From positions 13,033 through 77,032 of the forward strand of contig JBGARK010000006.1 in the NCBI GenBank assembly GCA_044230255.1: DNA of 64,000 nt, read 5' to 3'. Position numbers and translations under genes: made by a program. This DNA comes from Ferruginibacter sp. GTDB lineage: Bacteria; Bacteroidota; Bacteroidia; Chitinophagales; Chitinophagaceae. Shown in pieces: positions 29,007 to 39,719 of this stretch (the first letter of the stretch is position 1; each line of letters opens with the position of its first letter). The notes under the pieces are model-generated. The model had not been told where the DNA came from. It saw nothing but the letters and a program-made list of their open reading frames with translations, and did not search any database.

Positions 29007-30563
29007 TTATTGAATATTACCGCTGCCATCGAGCCTGTACAGCCATACATCATCCCCACCATGATTTACGCCAAAAACGTTACCACTATTGGAACTGTTG
29101 GTATAGCCGGTAAGCACAAAGCCCCCGTCTGATGTTGATCTAACATCATAGGTAACATCATCGCCTGTGCCACCCAGTAGTTTATTCCATTGCAGCGTTC
29201 CGGAACTGTTTATTTTTATTACCCAGGAATCGGTTGCGCCATGTGTAGTTTCGGTAACATCGCCGGAGGCTGAAGACAATGATTCGCCGGCTATGATATA
29301 ATCGGTTCCACTTTGAACCACAGACCAGGCCACATCATCATCAGAACCACCTTTTAAGGTTGTCCAGGATACGGTGCCGGTAGTGCTTAATTTGGCAATT
29401 AAATAATCAGAGCCACCATTTGTGGATCCGGAAATATTTCCACCGCCCGTAGAGTTGGATTCACCAACAATAAGGCTGCCATCAGAAACCGTAACTAATG
29501 AATAGGCATATTCTTCTGCATTTCCGCCTACAAGCCTGTTCCAGCTTAATGTTCCTGTAGAAGTGAGTTTTATTACCCAAAAATCAGTAAGGCCATTAAG
29601 TACACCGCTTACATTTCCATTTGCGCTGGAAGAGCTGTACCCGGCCACTACATAACCATTGTCGCTGGTCACTTCTTTTATGCTGTAAGCCCTTTCTTCA
29701 CCATTGCCACCCAATAAACGGTTAAAGGTAATTGTGGTTCCGGTTGCATTGAGTTTTACCACCCAAAAATCGGTAAGGCCATGATTGGTTTCGGTTACAT
29801 CTCCGGTGCCGGAAGATTCGGAATAACCGGCAACCACTATTGTACCGTTTGCATTTTCATTTACTGATGTAGGTACATCATCCTGGTCGCCACCCAGCAA
29901 CCTGTTCCAGGTAATATTTCCTGAACCGTCTAATTTTACAACCCAGTAATCGGTTAAGCCATTGCTGGCTTCGGTTACGTTGCCATTAGCGCTTGAGGTA
30001 GAGCTGGCGCAAAATATAAAGCCCCCATCTGCAGTTGGCCTAAGTTCTGCCAGTTGTTCATCACCAACGCCACCATAAACACGGTTCCATAAAATATTTG
30101 CGCTGGCATCCAGGCGTATAATCCAGCAATCGTAACCACCATGGTTGCCAGGGGTTACATCGCCATTAGCAGAGGAACTGGTTGTAGCGCCAATGATAAA
30201 GCCACCATCGGCAAGTTGTTGAACGGAATAGCCCCTGTCTTCCTGGTTACCGCCAAGCAAAGACCGGGTAACGATGCTGGATGGCCCGCCGGTGCATAAA
30301 TTGATCCAGGCAGAACCATTGTACATTTCCAGGCAGGAAACACTGGTATTATAAATTAATAACCCCGCTGTTTTGTTTGGCATAGCATTACGCTGGGCAG
30401 TGGATAACCTGGGAGGAAGCAATCCTTTATCGGTGCTGGAAACGTCAAGCGCTGCTGAAGCATCGGGAGAATTGGTGCCAACACCTACATTGTTTTGACC
30501 AAGGGCAGTGTGCATGGTTAGCATAAATAGTGCACACAAAACGACATGAGTAAATCTTTGCAT
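29007..30563 (-). CDS. secreted protein with about eight tandem ~47-aa repeats (beta-propeller-like)
   Basis: Signal peptide, then an N-terminal 'VGVGTNSPDASAALDVSSTDKGLLPPRLSTAQRNAM' module. The unit 'GG..(D/E)..(Y/W)S....DG..(V/I).G...S...G(D/N)V......G..D.W(V/I).KL...G...WN.L.GG' then repeats about eight times. Confidence 0.8.
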   Translation of the reverse strand: MQRFTHVVLCALFMLTMHTALGQNNVGVGTNSPDASAALDVSSTDKGLLPPRLSTAQRNAMPNKTAGLLIYNTSVSCLEMYNGSAWINLCTGGPSSIVTRSLLGGNQEDRGYSVQQLADGGFIIGATTSSSANGDVTPGNHGGYDCWIIRLDASANILWNRVYGGVGDEQLAELRPTADGGFIFCASSTSSANGNVTEASNGLTDYWVVKLDGSGNITWNRLLGGDQDDVPTSVNENANGTIVVAGYSESSGTGDVTETNHGLTDFWVVKLNATGTTITFNRLLGGNGEERAYSIKEVTSDNGYVVAGYSSSSANGNVSGVLNGLTDFWVIKLTSTGTLSWNRLVGGNAEEYAYSLVTVSDGSLIVGESNSTGGGNISGSTNGGSDYLIAKLSTTGTVSWTTLKGGSDDDVAWSVVQSGTDYIIAGESLSSASGDVTETTHGATDSWVIKINSSGTLQWNKLLGGTGDDVTYDVRSTSDGGFVLTGYTNSSNSGNVFGVNHGGDDVWLYRLDGSGNIQ

Positions 30564-30680
30564 AAAAAATGCGAATTAATTTTTTAATTAAAACAATAAA
30601 AATATTGGACTACTAAGTGGTTTGTCAGGTATTAAAGAGAAAAAATAAATGGATTAATTCGGACGTAAGGGCGAAAATAG

Positions 30681-30688
30681 TATTTTTG
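30681..30688 (+). promoter_or_regulatory. candidate -7 box for eno
   Basis: TATTTTTG matches TAnnTTTG, 28 nt upstream of the eno ATG. No clean -33 TTG is present. Confidence 0.3.
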
Positions 30689-30689
30689 A

Positions 30690-32006
<1,317 letters not shown>

Positions 32007-32116
32007 ACTACCGGCTTTACATTTCCTTTTTTTACCACTAACTTTACGGCAATAAAGCCCTGTTCTGCAACGTTAGCAGGATAGATTTGTTATATCATTA
32101 ACCTAATTTTTCAAGC

Positions 32117-35100
32117 ATGAAGAAGATTTACACCTTTCTCCTTTTTTGTAGTATTGTTTCCCACGGTTTTTCGCAACAGGTTTTGCACAAGCCATTTATA
32201 CCCGCAAATGATAAATGCGGATTTAGTTTAGAGATGGAAAAAAACCGAACCCACGGTTTTAACGACGCCGCTTATGAAGCAGAAATGCAAAGGCTGATAA
32301 ACGAATGGAAACAACTCAATAATTTTGGGCCACCCACTACCATTTATACGGTACCCATTATTTTTCACGTTATTTATGATGGTAATACAGAAGGCACCGT
32401 AGGAACAGGAGCTAATCTTACCGAAGCTATTGTAAATGCCCAAATACAACAACTCAACCAGGATTTTGCCAATCTTTCCGGATCGGGATATGGCTCAGCA
32501 ACAGATTTAGGCGTAAGGTTTGTGGCCGCAAAAGTTGACCCATTAGGTAATATGCTTTGCGAGCCTGGTATTGAAAGAATTAACTGGAGAAGCCGGTCCG
32601 GATGGCAGGATCCATCTGCTTTAAGCAGCACTAATGCAGTGATGAATCATTTTGATGCAGTAGTAAAACCTCAAAGCTACTGGGACCCGTACCGGTATGT
32701 AAATGTATGGCTTGCGGATTTTTCCGGCAGTGGCCTTTTGGGCTACGCAACCTTTCCTGCCATGAGCACTTTACCGGGGTTAAGCAATACGGAAACCGAC
32801 CAAACCGCCGGCGTAGTGGTAATGAGTGGAAGTGTAGGAAGCTTATTGAACCCGGGCACAGCATCGCCCTACCAATATGGAAGAACTTTAACTCATGAAC
32901 TGGGACATTTTTTTGGCCTGCGTCATATTACAGGTGATTCTAACTGTGGAAATGACTATTGCGCAGATACACCTCCTCAAAATGCATTAACCAGCGGATG
33001 CCCTACCCCGGGTGCCTTAAACGGCTGTACGCCATCAGTACCAAAAATGTTTGAAAACTACATGGATTACAGTAATGATATTTGTCTCAATACGTTTACA
33101 TTAAATCAGTCGGAGCGCTGCCAGGTCGTAATGCTCAACAGCCCAAGAAGAAAAGAATTGCCTTCTTCCACAACGGGAACATCTCCAATGCCCAACCGTA
33201 TTTTCTTTAAAGGCGGACAAACATTAATAAGTGAGGCAGCTACAGGAGCTTGCCCAAGATATAAAGATTATACCATAACCGTGGGGGTTGAATCTGCCGC
33301 AAACGGTAATGCAACATTAAGCTTATCCAGGGCCGGTACGGCAACCGATAATGCCGATTATCAAATTACGCCTTCATCGGTAAATTATACCAATGGCGAT
33401 GCTGCTGATAAAATTTTCACCCTTCGGGTTTTTGATGATGCCTTAACCGAAAGCGCCGAAACGATTACCCTTAGTTTTAACATCAGCGGCACAGGTGTTC
33501 AGCAATCTCTTTTATGTGCATCAGCCAATCAAATAACCCTTACGTTGCAGGATGATGATTATAATTACAGCATCAATAACCTAACCCCTTCGGTAACCCT
33601 GCTTTCGGAAAATTTTGGCACCACTACAGGCAGTAACCAGGTTCCGGCAGGATGGGCAACCAGCAATGCTTCCGGAACATCTACCACCAATAAATGGGTA
33701 GGTAATAATGCCGGCGCCTCCACTTATGGCTTTACCGGTAATACCCTGCACATTTCCAATGGCAGCACAACGGCCGTAAATAACGGCACAGCGGCAATGG
33801 CTTACTCCAACACTGCAACCGGCACCGATGCCAGGGCTGTTACCCCGGTACTAAATGCAGCCGGCCTTAAAGACATTTCGGTTTCCTTAAAATTTGTTAG
33901 TAATGGAGAAATCAATTCCGGAACTTATTATGATTTTGGGCTGGTATATTACACACTTGATGGCAGCAATTATTCCATCCTCACCGTTTTAAATAATGAT
34001 GTTTACCTGCAAGGTATTACTACCGCCACTGCATTAAACTTCAACTTACCGGCCGGTACTATTGGCACCAGTAATTTGAGGCTTTTGTTCCGCTGGATTT
34101 CAGACAATTCAGTAGCAACCCAACCTCCTTTTGCCATTGATGATGTTGTAATAACCGGAAAAAATGTAACGGTAGAGAGCCAGCTTAATCATACCGCCAC
34201 CGAAAATATTTTATCTACATCAGGAACCAGCACATTCTATAGCACAAACGATGGCCAGGTTATTGCTAAATTAAGCAACCCTTCAGAAGCCGTTGGCTGC
34301 CTTAGCTCCACCATTACGCAAGCCGGAAACAGTAATATTTCATTATCCACCACAGCGGCTACTTATCTCCGCAGTGAAAAAGTAGTGAATATTTCTCCTG
34401 CCATTGCCAATACTACGGCAAGCTATAATGTAACCCTATATTATACGGCTGCCGAACTCGCCGTTTGGGGCGCTAATTTTTCTAACCTTAAATTGATGAA
34501 GGTTAAAAACGGCGTAAATCTTGGCACACTAATTAACAGCGCCGATGCCGAAGTGGTAAATGCGGTAATTGATGATCAACGGGCAACAAAAGGATATGCA
34601 TCCTTCAGCGGAGATTTTACCGGCGGATTTTCTCAATTTATGCTGGTGTATCAAACCTCCGTGGTACCTGTGGCATTACTCAACTTTGATGCTGCACCCC
34701 ATACCAACAGCATTGTTCTTAACTGGAGCACTTCATTTGAAAACAATAATAAAGGATTTTTTATAGAAAGAAGTATTGACGGCACCCGGTTTGAACCGAT
34801 TACCTGGATGAATGGTAAAATCAATAGCAACATCATTTCCCGTTATTCCTATACCGATTATTGGGTTCAGCCGAATGTTGTTTATTACTATCGCCTCAGG
34901 CAAAAAGATACCGACAATAATGAAAAACTATCGGATACCCGCCAGGCAATAATTAAAGGAAAAGGCAAGCTTTTAGCTACCATTAATCCCAACCCTGCAA
35001 GCGAGGCTATTACGGTTTTTGTTTCGGGTGCAAACGGCAAAGCAACTATGAGCTTGTTTGATGCAACGGGAAGACGGGTTAAAAACTGGAAAAATCAAAA

Positions 35101-35215
35101 CCCATCATTAGGCAGGGGATGCCGCTTAAATATACAGGGGATTGCTGCAGGGGTTTATACTTTAAGCATCTATACCGGCAAACAAACGATTACGGAAAAA
35201 GTAGTGGTTAAGTAA
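32117..35215 (+). CDS. secreted M43 (pappalysin/ulilysin-like) zinc metalloprotease with Calx-beta-like module and T9SS C-terminal sorting domain
   Basis: 'HELGHFFGLRH' is an HExxHxxGxxH zinc site, followed by 'DYCADTPPQ'. 'TATDNADYQITP...FTLRVFDDALTESAETITLSF' is Calx-beta-like. The last ~80 aa ('INPNPASEAITVF...GVYTLSIYTG...') resemble a type A T9SS sorting domain. Confidence 0.8.
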   Translation: MKKIYTFLLFCSIVSHGFSQQVLHKPFIPANDKCGFSLEMEKNRTHGFNDAAYEAEMQRLINEWKQLNNFGPPTTIYTVPIIFHVIYDGNTEGTVGTGANLTEAIVNAQIQQLNQDFANLSGSGYGSATDLGVRFVAAKVDPLGNMLCEPGIERINWRSRSGWQDPSALSSTNAVMNHFDAVVKPQSYWDPYRYVNVWLADFSGSGLLGYATFPAMSTLPGLSNTETDQTAGVVVMSGSVGSLLNPGTASPYQYGRTLTHELGHFFGLRHITGDSNCGNDYCADTPPQNALTSGCPTPGALNGCTPSVPKMFENYMDYSNDICLNTFTLNQSERCQVVMLNSPRRKELPSSTTGTSPMPNRIFFKGGQTLISEAATGACPRYKDYTITVGVESAANGNATLSLSRAGTATDNADYQITPSSVNYTNGDAADKIFTLRVFDDALTESAETITLSFNISGTGVQQSLLCASANQITLTLQDDDYNYSINNLTPSVTLLSENFGTTTGSNQVPAGWATSNASGTSTTNKWVGNNAGASTYGFTGNTLHISNGSTTAVNNGTAAMAYSNTATGTDARAVTPVLNAAGLKDISVSLKFVSNGEINSGTYYDFGLVYYTLDGSNYSILTVLNNDVYLQGITTATALNFNLPAGTIGTSNLRLLFRWISDNSVATQPPFAIDDVVITGKNVTVESQLNHTATENILSTSGTSTFYSTNDGQVIAKLSNPSEAVGCLSSTITQAGNSNISLSTTAATYLRSEKVVNISPAIANTTASYNVTLYYTAAELAVWGANFSNLKLMKVKNGVNLGTLINSADAEVVNAVIDDQRATKGYASFSGDFTGGFSQFMLVYQTSVVPVALLNFDAAPHTNSIVLNWSTSFENNNKGFFIERSIDGTRFEPITWMNGKINSNIISRYSYTDYWVQPNVVYYYRLRQKDTDNNEKLSDTRQAIIKGKGKLLATINPNPASEAITVFVSGANGKATMSLFDATGRRVKNWKNQNPSLGRGCRLNIQGIAAGVYTLSIYTGKQTITEKVVVK

Positions 35216-35238
35216 CTGCGTTTTTTTAATAAAAGTAA

Positions 35239-35266
35239 AGGCAACAGAATCTGTTGCCTTTTTTTA
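35239..35266 (+). terminator. intrinsic terminator (probably shared by the convergent small ORF)
   Basis: aggcaacag-aat-ctgttgcct followed by tttttt. It lies between convergent genes. Confidence 0.75.
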
Positions 35267-35437
35267 TTCCATAAAATCATCTTCCTTATTTTCTGCTGAG
35301 GCAAATAAATTATCTACGGCGCCGGCCATCATGGGAAATTTTTCTTTTACATAATCTTTTACGGTTTCCAGCGCTTTCAGGGCCTGCGGCTCCGTAATTT
35401 GAGCATTCGTCATTATTTTTTCAATCAGCTCTTTCAT
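35264..35437 (-). CDS. small hypothetical protein (57 aa), absent from the supplied ORF track (shorter than its shortest entries)
   Basis: My own translation is MKELIEKIMTNAQITEPQALKALETVKDYVKEKFPMMAGAVDNLFASAENKEDDFME. It lies 72 nt downstream of the RSH gene on the same strand and ends at the terminator hairpin. Confidence 0.45.
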   Translation of the reverse strand: MKELIEKIMTNAQITEPQALKALETVKDYVKEKFPMMAGAVDNLFASAENKEDDFME

Positions 35438-35509
35438 AAATGGTCTTTAAAAATAAAAGTGAAAAATGGCTTGGAACAATTTAATGCAATACTAAAAGCC
35501 CTGTTCAAA

Positions 35510-37741
35510 TTATTCCGCATCGTAGCGGTCTACGCTTTCAATACCGGGTAAAGCATGAAGCCGCTCCACTAAAATATCCAACTCTTCTTTATCGTGTACA
35601 TAAATTTTAAGGTTGCCTTCAAATATGCCGTCATTGGCTTCAATGGTCATGGCAGAAATATTAAACTTCATTTCACCGCTAATGAGGTTGGTGATTTTAT
35701 GAATCACTCCCACATCATCAAGTCCCACAATTTTTAAGCCGGTAAGGAAAGAGATTTCTTTGTTTTTTGCCCATTTGGTTTTCACTACCCTATGCCCATA
35801 ATTAGCCATTAACCGGGCTGCGTTGGGGCAATTGGTGCGATGGATTTTTAATCCTTCACCGGTGCTGATAAACCCAAAAACATCATCGCCGGGAATGGGC
35901 TTGCAGCAATTGGCCAGCGAATAAACGATTTTGTCGCTGCTTTCCCCAAAAATAATGAGTTCAGTATCTTTCCTGGCAAGGTTTTTATTGGGGTCGTAGT
36001 CGGGTTCTTCTTTTTTAATTACTACAGGCTTGGGTGGCACTAACCTATCGCCATGCACGGTAAAGTTTTTCAGCTCTTTAAGATCAATTTTTTTGCTGGC
36101 AATCTCATACATTAAATCCAGCGAACTGTTTACTTTATAAAAAGCACAAAGCTCTTCTATATTTTGGGTACTCATAGCAGCGCCCATACCTTCCAGCTTA
36201 CGTTGTAATGTAGCCTTTCCTTCATCGGCTATTTTTCGTTTTTCTTCTTTAAGCGAGTCTTTTATTTTTGTTTTGGCCTTGCTGGTTACCACTATATTCA
36301 GCCATTCAGAATTAGGTTTTTGCTTAGCGCTGGTAATAATTTCTATTTGGTCGCCACTGCGTAGTTTATAACTAATGGGCACCAGCTTATGATTTACTTT
36401 AGCGCCAATGCACCGGCTCCCTACTGCAGTATGTACGTTAAAGGCAAAGTCCAGCGCTGTGGCGCCTACCGGCAGCATTTTAATATCGCCCTTGGGCGTA
36501 TAAACAAAAATCTCTTCGGTGAGAAACGAACTTTTAAAGTCCTGCAAAAAATCAAAGGAGCTGCCCTCTTCATTGGCCAGGGCTTCCCGTATTTGGCCAA
36601 ACCATTTGTCAAAGCGGCTTTCGTCGGATGCGCCCTCTTTATACTTCCAATGTGCGGCCAGGCCTTTTTCGGCAATTTCGTTCATACGCTTGGTGCGTAT
36701 TTGCACTTCCACCCATTTTCCCTGCGGCCCCATAACGGTGGTATGCAGGGCTTCATAACCGTTGCTCTTGGGGTTGCTCAACCAATCCCTTAATCGTTCG
36801 GGGCTGGGGTTGTAGGCATCGGTAATTACGCTATACACCTTCCAGCAATCTTCTTTTTCTTTTGCAGGTGAGCTGTCCACAATAATGCGTATGGCAAATA
36901 AATCATAAACCTCTTCAAAGGCCACACCCTTCTTTTTTATTTTGTTCCAAATAGAGTGTATGCTTTTGGGCCGGCCATAGATTTCAAAATTTAAATCGGC
37001 TTTTTCCAACTTGGCTTTTAACGGCCGTATAAAATCGTTGATATACCGGGTGCGCTCACGCTTGGTATCCTGTAATTTTTTTGCAATAAAACGAAAGCTG
37101 TCCGGCTCAAGATATTTCATGGCCAGGTCTTCCATTTCAGTTTTAATATTATACAAACCCATGCGGTGAGCCAGCGGCGCATATACGTAAATTGTTTCGG
37201 AGGAAACTTTTAATTGCTTTTCCGGTTTCATGCTATCCAGCGTACGCATATTATGCAAGCGGTCGGCAAGTTTGATGAGTATTACCCTTGGGTCGTCGGT
37301 GAGGGTTAATAAGATTTTTTTGAAATTTTCTGCCTGCTGGCTGCTGTTGGAATCCATCACCGTAGAAATCTTGGTAAGGCCGTCAACAATTTTGGCAATT
37401 TCATTACCAAATTCCAGGCGTACATCTTCCAGTGAAACGTCGGTATCTTCCACGGTATCATGCAGCAAAGCACAAATAGTACTTCGTATGCCCAGGCCAA
37501 TTTCTTCCACGCAAATTTTTGCTACGGCCAATGGATGAAGAATATAGGGCTCGCCACTTTTACGGCGCATGGTTTTATGCGCTTCGGCAGCCATTTCAAA
37601 AGCACGGCGTAACAAAACTTTATCGCCGGGTTTTAGCTTAGCTTTTAAAACCCTTAGCAATGCCCTGTACTCCCTGAGTATTTTCTTTTTTTCTTCCTCT
37701 TCGTTGAGGGTATAGGGCGCTATTTTGGCAGTAACTTCCAT
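35510..37741 (-). CDS. bifunctional (p)ppGpp synthetase/hydrolase (RelA/SpoT homologue)
   Basis: HD hydrolase motif 'LLHDTVEDT', a synthetase domain, and TGS and C-terminal ACT-like regions. 743 aa. Confidence 0.9.
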   Translation of the reverse strand: MEVTAKIAPYTLNEEEEKKKILREYRALLRVLKAKLKPGDKVLLRRAFEMAAEAHKTMRRKSGEPYILHPLAVAKICVEEIGLGIRSTICALLHDTVEDTDVSLEDVRLEFGNEIAKIVDGLTKISTVMDSNSSQQAENFKKILLTLTDDPRVILIKLADRLHNMRTLDSMKPEKQLKVSSETIYVYAPLAHRMGLYNIKTEMEDLAMKYLEPDSFRFIAKKLQDTKRERTRYINDFIRPLKAKLEKADLNFEIYGRPKSIHSIWNKIKKKGVAFEEVYDLFAIRIIVDSSPAKEKEDCWKVYSVITDAYNPSPERLRDWLSNPKSNGYEALHTTVMGPQGKWVEVQIRTKRMNEIAEKGLAAHWKYKEGASDESRFDKWFGQIREALANEEGSSFDFLQDFKSSFLTEEIFVYTPKGDIKMLPVGATALDFAFNVHTAVGSRCIGAKVNHKLVPISYKLRSGDQIEIITSAKQKPNSEWLNIVVTSKAKTKIKDSLKEEKRKIADEGKATLQRKLEGMGAAMSTQNIEELCAFYKVNSSLDLMYEIASKKIDLKELKNFTVHGDRLVPPKPVVIKKEEPDYDPNKNLARKDTELIIFGESSDKIVYSLANCCKPIPGDDVFGFISTGEGLKIHRTNCPNAARLMANYGHRVVKTKWAKNKEISFLTGLKIVGLDDVGVIHKITNLISGEMKFNISAMTIEANDGIFEGNLKIYVHDKEELDILVERLHALPGIESVDRYDAE

Positions 37742-37864
37742 GAATTCAACGAATTTACTCTAAAAATAAGCGTACTCAAAATCAATTTGATATTTTAAAA
37801 ACTGTTTTCCGTGTATTTTAGGCAAATTATCAGGTTTTCTTAGGGTATTATTACCCTAAAACCC

Positions 37865-37872
37865 TAATTTTG
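37865..37872 (+). promoter_or_regulatory. candidate -7 box for tRNA-Leu
   Basis: TAATTTTG (TAnnTTTG) ends 10 nt before the tRNA 5' end. Confidence 0.4.
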
Positions 37873-37882
37873 CACCCCATTT

Positions 37883-37964
37883 GCGGATGTGGCGAAATTG
37901 GCAGACGCACCAGACTTAGGATCTGGCGGAGCAATCCATGTAGGTTCGACCCCTATCATCCGCA
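37883..37964 (+). tRNA. tRNA-Leu (anticodon UAG)
   Basis: Manual cloverleaf: acceptor gcggatg/catccgc, anticodon stem ccaga/tctgg with loop cTTAGga, long variable arm (class II), T-arm gtagg-ttcgacc-cctat, discriminator A. CCA is not encoded. Confidence 0.9.
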
Positions 37965-37986
37965 CTTTTTAATAGTTGACAGGTTG

Positions 37987-38044
37987 AAAAGTTGATTAAC
38001 ATAAACCGGTGGATCAACCCAAGCCAGTCAACTTTTTAATTTTT
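37987..38044 (+). terminator. structured region / probable terminator after tRNA-Leu
   Basis: aaaagttga (37987-37995) can pair with tcaactttt (38028-38036), followed by a T-rich tract. The interior holds a competing gttgat/atcaac pairing. Confidence 0.35.
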
Positions 38045-38068
38045 TCAAAAAATTGAACTTTACATTTT

Positions 38069-39436
38069 ATGGCAACAGTAGTAAGAGAAAATTTGGGTTT
38101 GCTAAACGACAAACTCACGGTTAAAATAAGCAAGGATGATTATTTTCCTTCTTTTGAAAAAAAATTAAAACAATACGGCAAAACTGCAAACATCCCCGGA
38201 TTTAGAAAAGGGATGGTACCCGCCGGCATGATTAAAAAAATGTACGGCATCGGAATTTTTACCGAGGAAGTGATCCGCACTGCCGAATCGGAATTATACA
38301 AATGGCTCACTGCAGAGCAGCCCGATATTTTTGCCCAGCCTTTGCCGTTGGCCAACAGTATAGATGCTATTGATATGAACAACCCGGCCGATTACAGTTT
38401 TGATTTTGAAATTGGCCTAAAACCGGCATTTGAAATTGCCGATACCTCCAAAGGAAAATTTACATTTAATAAAGTTGAAGCTACTGCCGAAATGGTAAAT
38501 GAGGAAGTGAACCGCCTGCAAATAAAAGGCGGCAATATGACCGAGCCTGAAACAATTGACAATGAAGAAAACGTAGTAAATGTTTTATTTACCGAATGCA
38601 ATGAAGAGGGCATTGAAACCGAAGGCGGAATAAAAAAAGAAAATTCCGTATTGCTCAAATATTTTTCTACACCATTGCAAAAAAGCTTGATGGGTAAAAA
38701 GAAAGATGAGTTTATTATTTTTCAACTCAATAAAGCTTTTGAAGGCGATAAGCTGCAAATGATGTTGCAGGATTTAGGTTTTGAAAAGAACGATAGCGCC
38801 GGTGCAGAAAAATTCTTTAAAGCTACAATTGTAAAAATTGGCCTTATAGAAAAAAGAGATTTGAATGAAGATTTCTTTAATGAAATTTATCCCGGAAAAG
38901 AATTAAAAACCGAAGAAGATTTTCGCAATACCATTAAAGAAGATATACAGCAATACTGGAACAACCAAAGCCGCACCCAATTGTTTGACCAAATTTATCA
39001 CTACCTGGTAGATGAAACCAAAATTGAGTTCCCGGCAAATTTTTTAAAGCGTTGGATGCAAGCAAACAATGAACAGCCCAAAACCGCAGAGCAGGCCGAA
39101 ACCGAATGGCCCACTTTTAGCAACCAGTTAAAATGGACATTGATAAGCGACAAACTTACCATTGAAAATAAGCTGGAAGCCACACCCGAAGAATTAAGAG
39201 AAAGTATGAAGCAGGAAGTGATGCGCTATTTTGGCCAAATGAATATGGGTAACGATATGAGCTGGCTCGACAGCTACATAGACCGCATGATGAAGGATGA
39301 AAAACAGGTGGAAACCACTTACCGCAGGGTTAGCACCAACAAACTTTTTGAATTGCTGGAATCAAAAATAAAACCGGTCGAAAAAACCGTAAGCGCCGAA
39401 GAACTTACGGCCATGCAGCACAACCACCATCACTAA
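38069..39436 (+). CDS. tig: trigger factor
   Basis: N-terminal ribosome-binding 'GFRKGMVP' motif, 455 aa. Confidence 0.9.
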   Translation: MATVVRENLGLLNDKLTVKISKDDYFPSFEKKLKQYGKTANIPGFRKGMVPAGMIKKMYGIGIFTEEVIRTAESELYKWLTAEQPDIFAQPLPLANSIDAIDMNNPADYSFDFEIGLKPAFEIADTSKGKFTFNKVEATAEMVNEEVNRLQIKGGNMTEPETIDNEENVVNVLFTECNEEGIETEGGIKKENSVLLKYFSTPLQKSLMGKKKDEFIIFQLNKAFEGDKLQMMLQDLGFEKNDSAGAEKFFKATIVKIGLIEKRDLNEDFFNEIYPGKELKTEEDFRNTIKEDIQQYWNNQSRTQLFDQIYHYLVDETKIEFPANFLKRWMQANNEQPKTAEQAETEWPTFSNQLKWTLISDKLTIENKLEATPEELRESMKQEVMRYFGQMNMGNDMSWLDSYIDRMMKDEKQVETTYRRVSTNKLFELLESKIKPVEKTVSAEELTAMQHNHHH

Positions 39437-39455
39437 AAAATAGTTTCAATTAAAA

Positions 39456-39484
39456 TGCCGGGCAAATTACCCGGCATTTTTTTT
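39456..39484 (+). terminator. intrinsic terminator after tig
   Basis: tgccggg-caaatta-cccggca followed by tttttttt. Confidence 0.8.
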
Positions 39485-39719
39485 ATCCCACATTTTGATA
39501 TCCGCAACCGCTTTAATAGATACATACCATAACATTTAAAAAAAATTTTGTCTATCTAACTCATGCTTAGAGCATTGCGAAGAAGTTTATCATTAAAAAA
39601 AAATTTGTACCTTAGAACAGCTACCATAACCCCTAACGTATTGTTTTTTTGAAATACCTTTTTATTGCCTTTGGCCATTATTTAACCGGCTACTTTTTGT
39701 AGCGTAAACCTTTACAGAT

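Noticed and set aside
39419-39436. Trigger factor ends in 'QHNHHH', which resembles an affinity tag
   Set aside because: It has only three consecutive His residues, in a native chromosomal context with a normal terminator and no vector sequence. It is most likely a natural C-terminal tail.
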